From: a virus
DNA: 64,000 nucleotides
Virus record (IMG/VR): IMGVR_UViG_3300030202_002822
Direction: 5' to 3' (one strand)
A model generated the notes under the pieces. The model made no database searches and was not told the DNA's origin. It saw only the letters and a program-made list of their open reading frames with translations. The translations under genes were made by a program, and so were the position numbers. Shown here piece after piece: positions 10,241 through 22,155 of the stretch. Positions within the stretch are counted from its first letter, which is position 1. Every line of letters begins with the position of its first letter.

Positions 10241-12034
10241 ATGAAAAATAGATTAAAATATAAATTAAGAGAAAGTAGTTCTAAGGACGATATAAATCAA
10301 GACACTTTTTTACAAGTTGGGTTTGATGGTGAAAGAAAATTGATACCTGTTGGTGAAATGAATCACGTAGTTGATGTTGGTGCTGAGTTTGACAAAGAGC
10401 GAAACAAATCAAAACTATATAGACTACAAGGTACGGTTTGTCCATTATTTAGTAACCCATTAATGAACGTAACTACAAACCCCATTATTGATTTTACTGT
10501 AACAAATAATACAATAAATAAAGTAGGTAATGGACTAGATGTATTTAATATAGACTATTTTCTAAAAGACCAAACAAGTTCTGACGTATCATCAGCCACA
10601 TTTATTAACGATATAGGTCAAGAAGATTTAACATATAAAGAATCGTTAAACTCATACTTAGAAGAAAAAGATGGGTGGTTTGGTTTTACCGACCCAGACA
10701 TAACTAAATCTGGATTTTGTGAATTTATAGACATGGAACCAACTAGGTCTAGGTTTGACCTAAACTCAAGTATTAACAAAAACTGGGAACTTACAGTAAC
10801 ATACCCATACGATAGTGATGACACTCACTACGTTGTTAATGGTGGTTTACTAATAGTTTCAGCGGCAGAAGTAGAGGTTGGTGGCATAACAATGTTAGCC
10901 TTAGGTACTAGCACACAGCACGGACTTGAAAACGGGGATAGAGTTAGATTGACTGGTATGACCGCAAGTTATAATGGCGACCATACAGTAAAAAGACTTG
11001 GTCTTAATAATGGGGATTATTTAGCTAATTATTTTGTCATAGATGTAAAGCCAACCACACTAGGTATTATAAGTGGTGGTGCTAGAATGAAAAAATTGGT
11101 AAGTGGAGAACCATCAACATATTATTTAAGAAAATTCAAGAAGATATTATTAAATAATGATTATGAAATGTATCCACTAGGATTTAGTAGAACAATATTC
11201 AACGATATGAACTATCAGTTTATTATTAATGAAGATATAAATGTAGGGTTTGATGACTCAGGTAACCCAATACGAGATAACTTAGGTAGACCACTTAGTG
11301 AATTATATGTCACATTTATAAAAACCGATAGTAATAATATGTTTGGTCCTTTAAAGTCAGGTTTAGACTTAGAATTTATAGAAGGAAATCTAAATGATGT
11401 TAACATAAGTAATGTAAGAAGAATTCATGATGGGTCACCATCTACATCTAGTTTTGATAGTCATAACACACTACCAGGTGAAAACGACTTGTATAACAAC
11501 TTCTCTAGTAAAGATTGGTTTTACGGTGACGTTGTTGAATACAATAGATTTACACTTAAAGAAACTAAATTAGCAAATGTACTTCATAGATTCAACACTG
11601 TTAACAGAGAAAACGCAAACTCAACAACACTAGCCAAGGGACCTAGAAGAGAAGGTTATTTATATAACCCTCATTATCTATTTAAAATTAGAGAATTTTC
11701 ACTATATATAGAGCAGGGTGATGAAAATACAGGTGGTATTCCAGACTATAGTGAATACTTAGGAGTTGATGACGGTAGATATCTATGGAGAGACTTATTA
11801 GATATTGGAATTTATGATGGTGAAGGAGAAGAACTAAACTATCCATTTACGAATGGGGCACACTACCTACATAAAAACATTTGCTTAGTTACCAAAAGGC
11901 AAGACCCGTTTGGTCAATACGATTTATATTATCAGGGTAACATTACTGGAAATGGACCATTTGACCCACCAGACCCAAGAGGTGACGCCCTTACTGATAA
12001 CTTTACAATAAAAAAAGGACAAGATGTTTGTTAA
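10241..12034 (+). CDS. Virion structural protein (baseplate/tail region)
   Basis: 597 aa ORF within the structural operon; contains an HGL..GDRV.LTG beta-domain. Confidence 0.65.
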   Translation: MKNRLKYKLRESSSKDDINQDTFLQVGFDGERKLIPVGEMNHVVDVGAEFDKERNKSKLYRLQGTVCPLFSNPLMNVTTNPIIDFTVTNNTINKVGNGLDVFNIDYFLKDQTSSDVSSATFINDIGQEDLTYKESLNSYLEEKDGWFGFTDPDITKSGFCEFIDMEPTRSRFDLNSSINKNWELTVTYPYDSDDTHYVVNGGLLIVSAAEVEVGGITMLALGTSTQHGLENGDRVRLTGMTASYNGDHTVKRLGLNNGDYLANYFVIDVKPTTLGIISGGARMKKLVSGEPSTYYLRKFKKILLNNDYEMYPLGFSRTIFNDMNYQFIINEDINVGFDDSGNPIRDNLGRPLSELYVTFIKTDSNNMFGPLKSGLDLEFIEGNLNDVNISNVRRIHDGSPSTSSFDSHNTLPGENDLYNNFSSKDWFYGDVVEYNRFTLKETKLANVLHRFNTVNRENANSTTLAKGPRREGYLYNPHYLFKIREFSLYIEQGDENTGGIPDYSEYLGVDDGRYLWRDLLDIGIYDGEGEELNYPFTNGAHYLHKNICLVTKRQDPFGQYDLYYQGNITGNGPFDPPDPRGDALTDNFTIKKGQDVC

Positions 12035-13175
12035 TAAATATACAATACTTAATTCAGAACTTAGTGCAACTACAGGCTACGACATTAACGTTCCAGTTAG
12101 TCAAAACGGAGGACTTGTAGGACAGCAAGAGGTAATTGAAAGTAAGTTTATAGAAAACGAGGTAGATAAAGCTGTAAATATTATATATGACTACGAAAAA
12201 ATAAAGGTATTACCAAGACACGATGACGGGACAACAATTAAAATGGTAACCGACATAGTTTATAAAGCCAACTTACTAGAAGACAAGGGTAATGACTTAG
12301 TATCAGTATCCGCAGCAACTGTGTCGTCAATTAATATGTTAGCTATTGAAACATCATTAGCTCATAACTTAAAAGTAAATGAAAAAATTGTAGTATTAAG
12401 TCCATTAAACAACATCTTTAATAAAGACTTTACTGTAAAAAGACTTGGCTTGGATGATGGTAGTAAAACAGATACTGTATTTGTAATTGAAGTAGCAACC
12501 CCTACAGCATCAAATATAACCTTAATTAATGCTACCATTTCTAAATCTTCAGTTAAAAAAAAATTAAACTATTGGTCCGACATAGGGTTTGACTATAATG
12601 ACTTCTATTTCAAAAAAAAATCATTTACAAAAAGTTTTTTAAGGCTTGATTTTTACGACAGTGATATAGCTACATATCAAAATCTTATATCGTTTATTAC
12701 ACTATATCCTAAATTTAGTAACACTGATATTTCAGCTGCAGGGCAAGGAAATGTGCCAGACCCTACAACATACCAAGTAGATTTTGAATTAGGTAATACC
12801 ATTATAAATAGAGATAAAAATGGAGAAGGTTTTGCATTATACCATTTCAAAGATGAAATACCACCTAAAATACTTAACGCACCTAAGTATTTATACATGA
12901 AAGCCACGTTTAACAACGCTAAGAGTGGTATATCTAAAGGTCTTATGTCTACTAGTAGCCCTAACTTACCAATAGATGAACTTATGTTAACCACTAAAGA
13001 TATAACAACAGCACCAATACCAAAAAATAACCTATATACTAGATATATATTAACAAGAGATGTTGATGGTTATTTCTATGAAATAGATACAAATTATTCA
13101 TCTAATGTAAGTGCTTCTAGTTCAAGTACTTCAGTTGTTTATAACGTAGAGTTATACGAAATAAGTACAAGTTAA
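12024..13175 (+). CDS. Virion structural protein (baseplate/tail region)
   Basis: 383 aa, overlaps the previous gene, shares a ~50 aa domain with it. Confidence 0.65.
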   Translation: MFVNKYTILNSELSATTGYDINVPVSQNGGLVGQQEVIESKFIENEVDKAVNIIYDYEKIKVLPRHDDGTTIKMVTDIVYKANLLEDKGNDLVSVSAATVSSINMLAIETSLAHNLKVNEKIVVLSPLNNIFNKDFTVKRLGLDDGSKTDTVFVIEVATPTASNITLINATISKSSVKKKLNYWSDIGFDYNDFYFKKKSFTKSFLRLDFYDSDIATYQNLISFITLYPKFSNTDISAAGQGNVPDPTTYQVDFELGNTIINRDKNGEGFALYHFKDEIPPKILNAPKYLYMKATFNNAKSGISKGLMSTSSPNLPIDELMLTTKDITTAPIPKNNLYTRYILTRDVDGYFYEIDTNYSSNVSASSSSTSVVYNVELYEISTS

Positions 13176-14086
13176 TGAAGATTATAAAGAGAAAAATAGC
13201 GCTAGACGATTACACTAGTAGAGGTCAATCTAACTGGGGTCAAATGACCGCAAGTACATTCAATATAAATGTATTTTTCACACAGGATATTGACGACATG
13301 GGTGTTTCTACTGAACTACCGTTTATATCGAAATGGTACAACACTACAGCACCAAACAACACAAGTAAATTAGTTGATTATACTATGCTAATAAAATCTG
13401 GTAGTACTATTAGTTTAAACGGCTACAAGTTTGAATTTATGAGTAATCTTACTATGACAACAAGTTTTCCAGAAACAGGAGCTTACCCTAGCACAAGATA
13501 TCCAGGTAAGCTTATTAATCAGTATTTTACACTACCCACACAAGTTACTGGATTGACAGAAAATAGACTTGATTCGGTGGTTTCATACGATGCAAATTTA
13601 AGATTTAAACCAAATTTTGATATAAATAGAAATATTAACGCTATTGATTATCAAAACACACCATTTATTTCTGGTACAAGAGTTATAACAAACAACAATT
13701 TAAATCCAATAAAGTATTTAATTGAAGGTGATACAGACCCAGCTGAACTTGCCTCATTACCAGTTACAAAAAGAGGTGTATATTACATAACTAAAACTGG
13801 GGAAACTAGAACAATAACTAATAGTATATTTGGTAGTTACGAAATACCACTTACTGAAATTTACTACAATTCTGAAGGGTTTAACGAAACTAACGTTCAC
13901 TTATCCGCAGAAACTAGAGAAGAGTATTTATTTGGTATAACATCTACCCCTACAGTATTTAATGATTTATTTATTGATAGGGGTAGGTCTACGGTTATTC
14001 AGAGTCATATGCAACTTAGTGAGATAACCAATATGAGAGAATTAATAAATTATGGAAATGGTTTTTATAATTTACGAAGATTTTGA
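13175..14086 (+). CDS. Virion structural protein
   Basis: 303 aa, coupled TAATG start, structural operon context. Confidence 0.6.
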   Translation: MKIIKRKIALDDYTSRGQSNWGQMTASTFNINVFFTQDIDDMGVSTELPFISKWYNTTAPNNTSKLVDYTMLIKSGSTISLNGYKFEFMSNLTMTTSFPETGAYPSTRYPGKLINQYFTLPTQVTGLTENRLDSVVSYDANLRFKPNFDINRNINAIDYQNTPFISGTRVITNNNLNPIKYLIEGDTDPAELASLPVTKRGVYYITKTGETRTITNSIFGSYEIPLTEIYYNSEGFNETNVHLSAETREEYLFGITSTPTVFNDLFIDRGRSTVIQSHMQLSEITNMRELINYGNGFYNLRRF

Positions 14087-14117
14087 TATTTATAATAAAG
14101 AAATAAAATAATTTAAA

Positions 14118-15029
14118 ATGGCAAGTGGAGTTTACGGTACAATAAGACCTGCAGATATGTTACCAAGTGACGTAGAAATGACAGTTTTTTATTCGGCAAA
14201 TAGAGAATCATCTAATACAAAGGTATTTAGTTTAGATTCATCCAATTTGGTACAAATAAATAACCCAAATAGTACATCAGGGTTTGAAATTTTTAGTGGG
14301 TTATACACACTTAAATTACCAATTAGTGAATTTGGGACTAAGGGCATATACACTATAGCCTTTAAACCAAGAGAGATAAGAACTAAGATTGTGGATTGTG
14401 GTGTTTTATCCGCTTTTCCAGATGTAAAGGGTATTGTATTAGACACTTCAGACCCTAATATAACGCAGAATATTGGTGCATTTGAAAATAATAACCTAGT
14501 TGGATATAGAGTTGAATACATCAACACAGACACAACAGCTTCTGATAGAAAGATAAAAAACTTTTTTAGGATAGTTACATCTAACAATAGAACAGAACCT
14601 ATTAATCAAAACTTAACAAATGTTAATCAGAAGGCTATTAGATATAGATTTAATGACAACTCTTCACTTACGTTTTGTACGCTATCACCATCATCACCAA
14701 CAAACGCTAACCCGAATGTGCTTCCGTTTATTGGCTCTCCAAATCAAGAAATAATAATCACAAACACATTTTTTTCACCATTTATTATGGAAGTTGAAAT
14801 TGTTGATTACGATATAGAAAGTCTTGCTATTGGTATGTTTGGTAATCAAAGTAAAGGTCTTGAAGATGGTATTTACACATTATATAACTTTACAAACGAA
14901 ATATATAAACAATATAATTTATACGAGATTAAAGATAGATTTACTGGCAAGCCATTATTTGAAATAAAAGAAGATAGACTTAATAACATTGATTTTACAA
15001 AGGGATTCAATGACGTATCAAACATATAA
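14118..15029 (+). CDS. Conserved virion structural protein
   Basis: 303 aa, preceded by TATTTATA at 14087-14094. Confidence 0.6.
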   Translation: MASGVYGTIRPADMLPSDVEMTVFYSANRESSNTKVFSLDSSNLVQINNPNSTSGFEIFSGLYTLKLPISEFGTKGIYTIAFKPREIRTKIVDCGVLSAFPDVKGIVLDTSDPNITQNIGAFENNNLVGYRVEYINTDTTASDRKIKNFFRIVTSNNRTEPINQNLTNVNQKAIRYRFNDNSSLTFCTLSPSSPTNANPNVLPFIGSPNQEIIITNTFFSPFIMEVEIVDYDIESLAIGMFGNQSKGLEDGIYTLYNFTNEIYKQYNLYEIKDRFTGKPLFEIKEDRLNNIDFTKGFNDVSNI

Positions 15030-15033
15030 TTAA

Positions 15034-17829
15034 ATGAGTGAAAATAACAGAGTAATAGTAGCAGGTTACGCACAAAGAGTTTTTTATAATGACGGCATTG
15101 AATATAGAAACTTTAGTGATGAACTAGTAGGTAATCAGCAAACTGAAAATGCTGACGGAGAAACCTCTGTATTCACTTTCGGTAATTTTGTTACTACAAC
15201 AAATTACGAGGGTAGACTCTCAAGAATATTTAGTGTTAATAAGTTTAGTAATTTTTACTCATTAGACAGTTACAATCTAACAAATGATAGTAGTAATTTA
15301 TTATTAAATAATAATATCAAAACAACACTAAACCTTGACAACACTAACCTGTGTGATTTAGTTTATTTTGGGTCAGCTACAGAGTTTATTAGAGTTAGTC
15401 TTGAAAACATAATTACAAATTGGCCAGCATCACTTTACGTCACTCCATTAAGAAGTGATGGGATAAATACGATTGTGGGTGATACAATATCAAATTATAA
15501 TTACAACCCAATTTTAAATAAAGCGACATTTGATGTCGATGTTAACTTTATTGATAATAAATTTAGTATCAATTATTTAAATAACGGAACAACCATAAAC
15601 ACATTTAATGATGAAAACAAACTTAGAAATTTAGAAGTTAGTTACGCTGATTATGTTATACTAATTAACGAAAAAGAGTATAAGTTGTTAAATTTTGAAG
15701 GTGCTTCAAGTATTGTTAACGATACAATAGGGTTAGAAGTAGAGGGTGACCCATTTGGATTTAACGGTTCAGCGGACAGCACCCCAACGTACCATATAAA
15801 GCCAAATAAGACTGTTGAGGAATCTTTTTTTAATTCTATAAGTAAGTATGAAGATAATTTATTAAACAGGCTTACAACCCCTAAATATACCTCTACATAT
15901 TCATTTAAAAAAGAAGAAGAAGATGGTACTATTACGAATTCAGAAAAAATATTAACATGGCCGACAACTGACGGTTATAATATAGATTATAATACTGCTG
16001 AATATGTTAGATTCGTAAGTGATTTAATAGAAATCGCCAATAGTAAGGATGGTATTGAAACTAACCTTATAGCTAGATTTTTAACAGCCGAATCAATATC
16101 AGACTTTGACACACTACCTAATTGTGAGGGGAGTGAGGAAGAAACTGCTGGTCAAAAAATGAATAAAACCCTAAAAATTTACGGTAGGGAATTTGATGAA
16201 ATAAAAAAATATATTGACGGGATATCATTCGCTAATGTTGTAACATATGATAAGAAAAAAAATACACCTGACCAGCTAGTTAAATACTTAGCTAGGGTAT
16301 TAGGTTGGGAACTAACAAGTTCTATAGTAGAAAACGATTTAATTAACACATACTTAAATGTAGGTGCTAGAACTTACGATGGACAAAGTAGAGGACTAAC
16401 ACCAGCTGAAGCTGAAGTTGAACTATGGAGAAGGCTTATACTTAATTCATCCTGGATTTGGAAATCTAAAGGTACTAGAAAAACAATTGAATTTTTCTTT
16501 AAATTAATAGGTGCGCCAGATGGTCTTATTGAGTTTGACGAGCATGTATATGTAGCTAAAGAACCAATAGACATGGACTTATTTTACGCTACACTTGAAG
16601 CTAATGATTTAGATGATGATATAAGCTTATATAATGTAGATTTTGACGGATACCCTAAATTCTTTAGAGACACATCAAGTATGTATTTTCAAAAGGGTGG
16701 ACAATGGTATAGAGAGACTGGTGGTGAAACAGCAACACAATACGTACTTGTTGGTAATAATCCTCACGTAGGACCTTACGATGGGGGTAAAGAATATATT
16801 AATCAATTAGAGAATATAATACCAGATTTTACACCCTTTACACTTACATCAACAACTATAACAACAACTGAAACAAAATTATTCACAAATTACAACTCTG
16901 GTTTATTTAATCAATACACTGGTGAGACATATATCACACTTCAAAACGATGACGGAATAACACTAGATAATATAGTCAGTGGTTCAACAACTATAATTAA
17001 AGACCCTTGTCCTCAAATAGAACAAACAGATTGTGGATGTGACGTACCTGAGGATGATGAATCACTAAAGATTGACATATCTAACGCTACTCGACAAAGA
17101 GGTATATTAAATGAACTAGAAAAAGAAGAAAATTGTACAAAGGGTATGATAGGTCAATATTTAGTAGACCCTTCAGGTACTACCTATGGTGGTAATTATT
17201 ATGAAGTAGAATATGAATTATACGACCCATACGGAACACCATCAACCACACATACTAACACAACAAAATGGATAGACTCAAATTGTTGTAATTTAATATT
17301 TTCAAACGCTAAGTCATTTTATCATGAAGAATATGTAGATGTAAGTAGTGGAGGAACTAACACACCTTTTGAATGGGAATTAGTTAATTGCGGATACCTT
17401 TGTGTTCCCCATTTTAGTTCATATTTTTCAGGCGTCACCACTTCACTTAGTAATGTCTACACACAAATACCTTGGCATGACTCAGGCAAAAGAGGTGTAG
17501 GTTCTACATTATCTTGTCAGTGGGTATTAGCAGGTCCAACAATAGGTGATATGGAATTAATTGGTTCTAATTACTATTTAAAATTTATAGACCCTAAAGG
17601 TGACTTGAGAGTGGTTAATACTGACACAGGGTTTTGCCCAGTAGGTCTTTACACCGCTGATTACAATTTAATTACAGACCCATACACAGGAGAAAAGGGA
17701 TACGGCTGTATACTTAACTCTGACGGACTACAAGTACTTAGCGATAACCCAACTAAAACAAACGAAATATATCAATTATATGAACAAAGAGCTAGAAAAA
17801 TAATTGGATGCTATAGTGATAGTAATTGA
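15034..17829 (+). CDS. Baseplate wedge-like protein (gp7/P2 gpI-type segment) with Cys-rich C-terminus
   Basis: LARVLGW...KSKGTRKTIEFFFKLIG motif typical of baseplate gp7/gpI-like domains. Confidence 0.6.
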   Translation: MSENNRVIVAGYAQRVFYNDGIEYRNFSDELVGNQQTENADGETSVFTFGNFVTTTNYEGRLSRIFSVNKFSNFYSLDSYNLTNDSSNLLLNNNIKTTLNLDNTNLCDLVYFGSATEFIRVSLENIITNWPASLYVTPLRSDGINTIVGDTISNYNYNPILNKATFDVDVNFIDNKFSINYLNNGTTINTFNDENKLRNLEVSYADYVILINEKEYKLLNFEGASSIVNDTIGLEVEGDPFGFNGSADSTPTYHIKPNKTVEESFFNSISKYEDNLLNRLTTPKYTSTYSFKKEEEDGTITNSEKILTWPTTDGYNIDYNTAEYVRFVSDLIEIANSKDGIETNLIARFLTAESISDFDTLPNCEGSEEETAGQKMNKTLKIYGREFDEIKKYIDGISFANVVTYDKKKNTPDQLVKYLARVLGWELTSSIVENDLINTYLNVGARTYDGQSRGLTPAEAEVELWRRLILNSSWIWKSKGTRKTIEFFFKLIGAPDGLIEFDEHVYVAKEPIDMDLFYATLEANDLDDDISLYNVDFDGYPKFFRDTSSMYFQKGGQWYRETGGETATQYVLVGNNPHVGPYDGGKEYINQLENIIPDFTPFTLTSTTITTTETKLFTNYNSGLFNQYTGETYITLQNDDGITLDNIVSGSTTIIKDPCPQIEQTDCGCDVPEDDESLKIDISNATRQRGILNELEKEENCTKGMIGQYLVDPSGTTYGGNYYEVEYELYDPYGTPSTTHTNTTKWIDSNCCNLIFSNAKSFYHEEYVDVSSGGTNTPFEWELVNCGYLCVPHFSSYFSGVTTSLSNVYTQIPWHDSGKRGVGSTLSCQWVLAGPTIGDMELIGSNYYLKFIDPKGDLRVVNTDTGFCPVGLYTADYNLITDPYTGEKGYGCILNSDGLQVLSDNPTKTNEIYQLYEQRARKIIGCYSDSN

Positions 17830-17908
17830 TAACTAATAATATAACAAATATAATTTACTATTTTTTAAAATAAATTATATTAACTAATAATTATAATAAA
17901 CTTACTTA

Positions 17909-20900
17909 ATGCCAGCGATAACCTCATATAATACTAGCTGTAGAACTAGAGATTCTTACGAATCAGACGGATACACAATAATTGAATTGTCTGGCGGTAC
18001 AGTTGGATTATACGAACCACCAACACTATCAGGAGGTACCTTAATTCAAAACCCTTCTATTAGTCACAGAACTAAACCATGTTGTGAGTTACTAGGGTAT
18101 ACATTTGACGTTATATCACAAGAATGTAGATGGGCGTTAGACGAATCAGAACTATTCAAGGTAATATTAAATCCAGAAGGAAACTCAAGCGTTTTATTCA
18201 ATGTTGATGATAACGAAAAATGCGAATTAGAGGTTTCTTTCGATTATTTATTCGTGTTTGAGTGTGAAAAGTTACGACTAGCCAAATCCACAGCTATTGG
18301 TAGTTACGCATTTACTGGTTCAACTACCTTTGATGAATTACAATCATCCGCAAACACATTGAGTGTGGAATGTGATTTCTATCAAAACATAATAGATGAA
18401 GCAAATTTAGTACCATACGTAATTCAATACTTAGGTCCTGGTGCAACAGGGGCAGACGGAACAACCATTCCAAGTGACCCATCATTATATTATGGTGGCA
18501 ACCTACCACCATTTTCTTACGGTGTTTTTGACCCTAACGTACTAAGCTATTGTTTAACCGACTTAGGTAAGCAAGTATGGGAAAGCACGGTAGTAACTGG
18601 TGGAACATGGTTAGCTAGTTATGGTACAGACACAACAACGTACACTAACGAACAAGTTAAGACATTCATTGAAAGTGAGCCAAATCCAGGTGACTATCAT
18701 ACAGCCACATGTAATTATTCTATATATGATAGAGAAAGAGCTGAAGATACAATATCTACATACACACCATTACTAAATAATTGTAAAAATGAATTACAAA
18801 TTATATCTGGTATGACAGCTTCTATTGTATCTGGTATACAACCTGAACCATATCTACCAATAGGTGTATGTAACTCGTATATTGACATGATTGAGCAATT
18901 TGAGGTAGCATTTACTGTTGAGTTAGAAAGTACTGGAACAACAAAAGTATTTACAAGTGTTTATGAAGAAACGATAATGAATATTGGTTCTGACAACCTA
19001 TATAATTATATAAATTCTACATCTGGTAAAACAGGTATATTAATTAGTGGTGATACAGGGCTTGTGCCAACACTTGCAGAAAGTGAATTATTAAGTAGTA
19101 ATCCCGACTTATGCACACAAATTAGGGACAACTTAGTTACGGATTTATTTAATCAATACTTAGAAACAAATGAATTACCATCTACTCAAGAAGAGCAGGT
19201 TAAAATATTTACTGAATTAACTGGGTGGTACCAATCATGCTGGCTTAACTATAAAACTACTATTACCGATAAACTAGTTTTAGACGCAATAGAAAATAAG
19301 AACATAAATATTTCAATATCAATAAAAAATAGTTGTACAGATTTCACAATCCTATTAGATAGGATTAAGATGAATAAAGTATGTACTAAGGTTGATAATG
19401 TAAAAAAATTCATATCAGAACCACCAAAGTTTGAATTGACTAAGGTTGTTGATAATAAAAAAACATGGCTTTCCAACAAAACAAGAGATGAAAGATTCTT
19501 TGATTTAAAATATAGAGGTACTGAATACAATACCAACCACCATAGGCTAGTAATCAACACTAAAGAAGTAGACTTAAACTTAAGCCCCTCTAGGGCAGTT
19601 GAGCAAGATGTTTGGTGTTATGTTTCAGACAATAACTGTATTCTTGAAGGATGTATTTCTAGTGGGGAAACATACAACTCGTTTAGTTGTCCTTCTGGAT
19701 ACACACTAGACGTTGATGGAGATAGCTGCACAGAACTAATAACAACAGCAACCACAAGTGGGTCTACAACATACACAGTAGGTCCTGGTATAGGTTTAAC
19801 TAGTTCAATACACTACTTGTCTAGAGGTACTATATTCGTTGAAGATGTAACAGACAAACAATGGCCAATATACTGGACTGGAACAACTAAAGACAATTGG
19901 GTCGGACCGTATTACAATACGGATTATTTAACAGATTCTAACGGAAACTACTTAAAACACAGTGGTTTTGGTATTAATAAATTTTCGGATGGGACACTAC
20001 AATACTCATCACCAAATGCGTTTAGTGGTATTAAGAGTAGATTTGGTAAAAATAATGGAGACATACTTTACGGGGTATTTAACCCCAACATACTTTGGGG
20101 TGGTACAAATGGCTCAGTATCAGCTTCAACATTTAATGACTTAACAAGTACAAATAAAGCTGGTAGGTTATTAAACGCTTCAGTTTGGTCTAATCCAGGA
20201 ACACTACCAATTCAAGAATGGATTGGTTTATCATATTGTCTTGAATTAACCGAGACAAAAACATATAGGTTAGGTTTTGCCGCTGATGATGAGACAAGAA
20301 TAAAAATTAACGGTGAGTATTTAATAAACCCAACTACAGCACCAGTACATGACGCTGGAATACATAACAACTTCAGTATTTCTTATTCAAGAAGTATTCA
20401 AAGTTATGTAGTTATGGGTGTTAGACTGTCTGCTGGTAAAAATATAATAGAGATAGAAGGATATAATAATGTTAGTGGTATATCTGGATTTGTTTGCGAA
20501 ATATATGACGCTAGCGAAGCACAACTTAAAAATATTAGATTTGAAAGTGAGTTAAATTCTGTTAGGGTGTTTAGTACAATAGATAGGGTAGGAAGCACTT
20601 TTGACTTAGGTGAAAATAGCGCTTATTCATGTCCAGCAGGTTATTCGTTAGACACATGCGCATCAGGCTCTACAGTATGTACTAAAATTAATAGAATCAC
20701 AAGAGAAGATGAGCAATTAGATGAATATTGTCCTTGTGACGGATTCCCTTTGATTGTTAAGGATTACGAAAACGCCACACTTGAGTTACCTCTTTCAGGT
20801 TCAATAGTGACTGTAACTTATGATTCCGAATGCGATGACACTCCAACAGTTACAACAACAACTTCAGATTTCGAATGTGATGACATTAGTTCACTTGTAA

Positions 20901-21898
20901 GTAATTATGGAACTACTACTACATTAAAACCTATTAATGTGATAAAGGGTGGTACAGCCTATGCCATAGGTACAGGTACCACTACATCATTTGACGGTTT
21001 CTGGATTACAGAAGAAAATGACGGAACCATTGGTGTTTATATATCAAAATGGGTTAGCGGTACAACAAATACACAAGAAAACGTATCTAGTCAAGTAACT
21101 GAAGAATGTTGTAAGGTAATTGATGATGCGTTTGATATATATGCTGACATGTTTAATCAAGGTATTAATACATATCCAAACGCAACTTGGGATAAAAACA
21201 CTAATAAGTGTGTTTACGGTAAGTGTGGTGATAATGGATGTATTGATTTAGATGACGTTTTAACAACAGAGCTTAATCAAATAGATACGGTAAATGAATT
21301 TGCTAGTGTATTAGGTAGTGAATTAATTGATGTTAAAAATAGACAAACAATAAATAGTTACCCAACACTAAAAATGCTTTACGATAGATACAATAGTCGT
21401 TCATTAGAATTTTGTGGAATTGACAGTTCTAGGTATGATTATTCTGACATGGATTCATTTGGTAAAACTGTAGGTGATTATTGGATTGACTTAATAGAGC
21501 AAGTTGTCCCAGCAACGACTATATGGGGTTCAACATATGCTTATAAGAACACTGTATTTGACCAACAGAAGTTTAATTACAAGCGAAGTAATTTATACTT
21601 GTGTAATATACCAACTAGTGGGACAACATCATCACCAACAACAATATCGTCATCACCAACAACAACTGGTAACACAATACCTACAACTACACCCCTAGCA
21701 AGTGATTCTACGGTTAGTGTAATAAGTCAAGTGCTACCTAGCCCTATTCCTACAACTGGAACAACATCTCAGTTGGTTACAATACAACCATCAATAACTA
21801 GATGTGATGGGGTTTGGATAAAAAATACTGGATGCGAAAGTAACTTCATAGGAGAAGTTACAACAATTGATAATAACGGTACAATAATACCAAGTTAA
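17909..21898 (+). CDS. Large tail/fibre-associated protein with a PA14-like domain
   Basis: 1329 aa; YRLGFAADDETRIKINGE...LSAGKNIIEIE segment flanked by CPxGY motifs; S/T/P-rich C-terminal linker. Confidence 0.65.
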   Translation: MPAITSYNTSCRTRDSYESDGYTIIELSGGTVGLYEPPTLSGGTLIQNPSISHRTKPCCELLGYTFDVISQECRWALDESELFKVILNPEGNSSVLFNVDDNEKCELEVSFDYLFVFECEKLRLAKSTAIGSYAFTGSTTFDELQSSANTLSVECDFYQNIIDEANLVPYVIQYLGPGATGADGTTIPSDPSLYYGGNLPPFSYGVFDPNVLSYCLTDLGKQVWESTVVTGGTWLASYGTDTTTYTNEQVKTFIESEPNPGDYHTATCNYSIYDRERAEDTISTYTPLLNNCKNELQIISGMTASIVSGIQPEPYLPIGVCNSYIDMIEQFEVAFTVELESTGTTKVFTSVYEETIMNIGSDNLYNYINSTSGKTGILISGDTGLVPTLAESELLSSNPDLCTQIRDNLVTDLFNQYLETNELPSTQEEQVKIFTELTGWYQSCWLNYKTTITDKLVLDAIENKNINISISIKNSCTDFTILLDRIKMNKVCTKVDNVKKFISEPPKFELTKVVDNKKTWLSNKTRDERFFDLKYRGTEYNTNHHRLVINTKEVDLNLSPSRAVEQDVWCYVSDNNCILEGCISSGETYNSFSCPSGYTLDVDGDSCTELITTATTSGSTTYTVGPGIGLTSSIHYLSRGTIFVEDVTDKQWPIYWTGTTKDNWVGPYYNTDYLTDSNGNYLKHSGFGINKFSDGTLQYSSPNAFSGIKSRFGKNNGDILYGVFNPNILWGGTNGSVSASTFNDLTSTNKAGRLLNASVWSNPGTLPIQEWIGLSYCLELTETKTYRLGFAADDETRIKINGEYLINPTTAPVHDAGIHNNFSISYSRSIQSYVVMGVRLSAGKNIIEIEGYNNVSGISGFVCEIYDASEAQLKNIRFESELNSVRVFSTIDRVGSTFDLGENSAYSCPAGYSLDTCASGSTVCTKINRITREDEQLDEYCPCDGFPLIVKDYENATLELPLSGSIVTVTYDSECDDTPTVTTTTSDFECDDISSLVSNYGTTTTLKPINVIKGGTAYAIGTGTTTSFDGFWITEENDGTIGVYISKWVSGTTNTQENVSSQVTEECCKVIDDAFDIYADMFNQGINTYPNATWDKNTNKCVYGKCGDNGCIDLDDVLTTELNQIDTVNEFASVLGSELIDVKNRQTINSYPTLKMLYDRYNSRSLEFCGIDSSRYDYSDMDSFGKTVGDYWIDLIEQVVPATTIWGSTYAYKNTVFDQQKFNYKRSNLYLCNIPTSGTTSSPTTISSSPTTTGNTIPTTTPLASDSTVSVISQVLPSPIPTTGTTSQLVTIQPSITRCDGVWIKNTGCESNFIGEVTTIDNNGTIIPS

Positions 21899-21912
21899 CA
21901 CTATTTATAGAT

Positions 21913-22155
21913 ATGCCATCATTAATAAAAAATATAGTAGGAAAAGTATCAGACAACATAAACAGTGGTGTTGAAACTATAAAATCTGTTGAGACTTCGT
22001 TTGGTCACGAAGAGTGGTTCAAAGTTGGACATCTAGAGGTCTTTATACAAAATTATAAAAAGGTAACCGAAGCAACTAATTTAAATAAGAATAGGGATAT
22101 AGGTTTAAGTGTAAATAATAATAGAGAATTTATTGAATTACAAATTTCGTATTAA
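21913..22155 (+). CDS. Small structural-operon protein
   Basis: 80 aa, preceded by TATTTATA at 21902-21909, coupled to the next gene. Confidence 0.6.
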   Translation: MPSLIKNIVGKVSDNINSGVETIKSVETSFGHEEWFKVGHLEVFIQNYKKVTEATNLNKNRDIGLSVNNNREFIELQISY

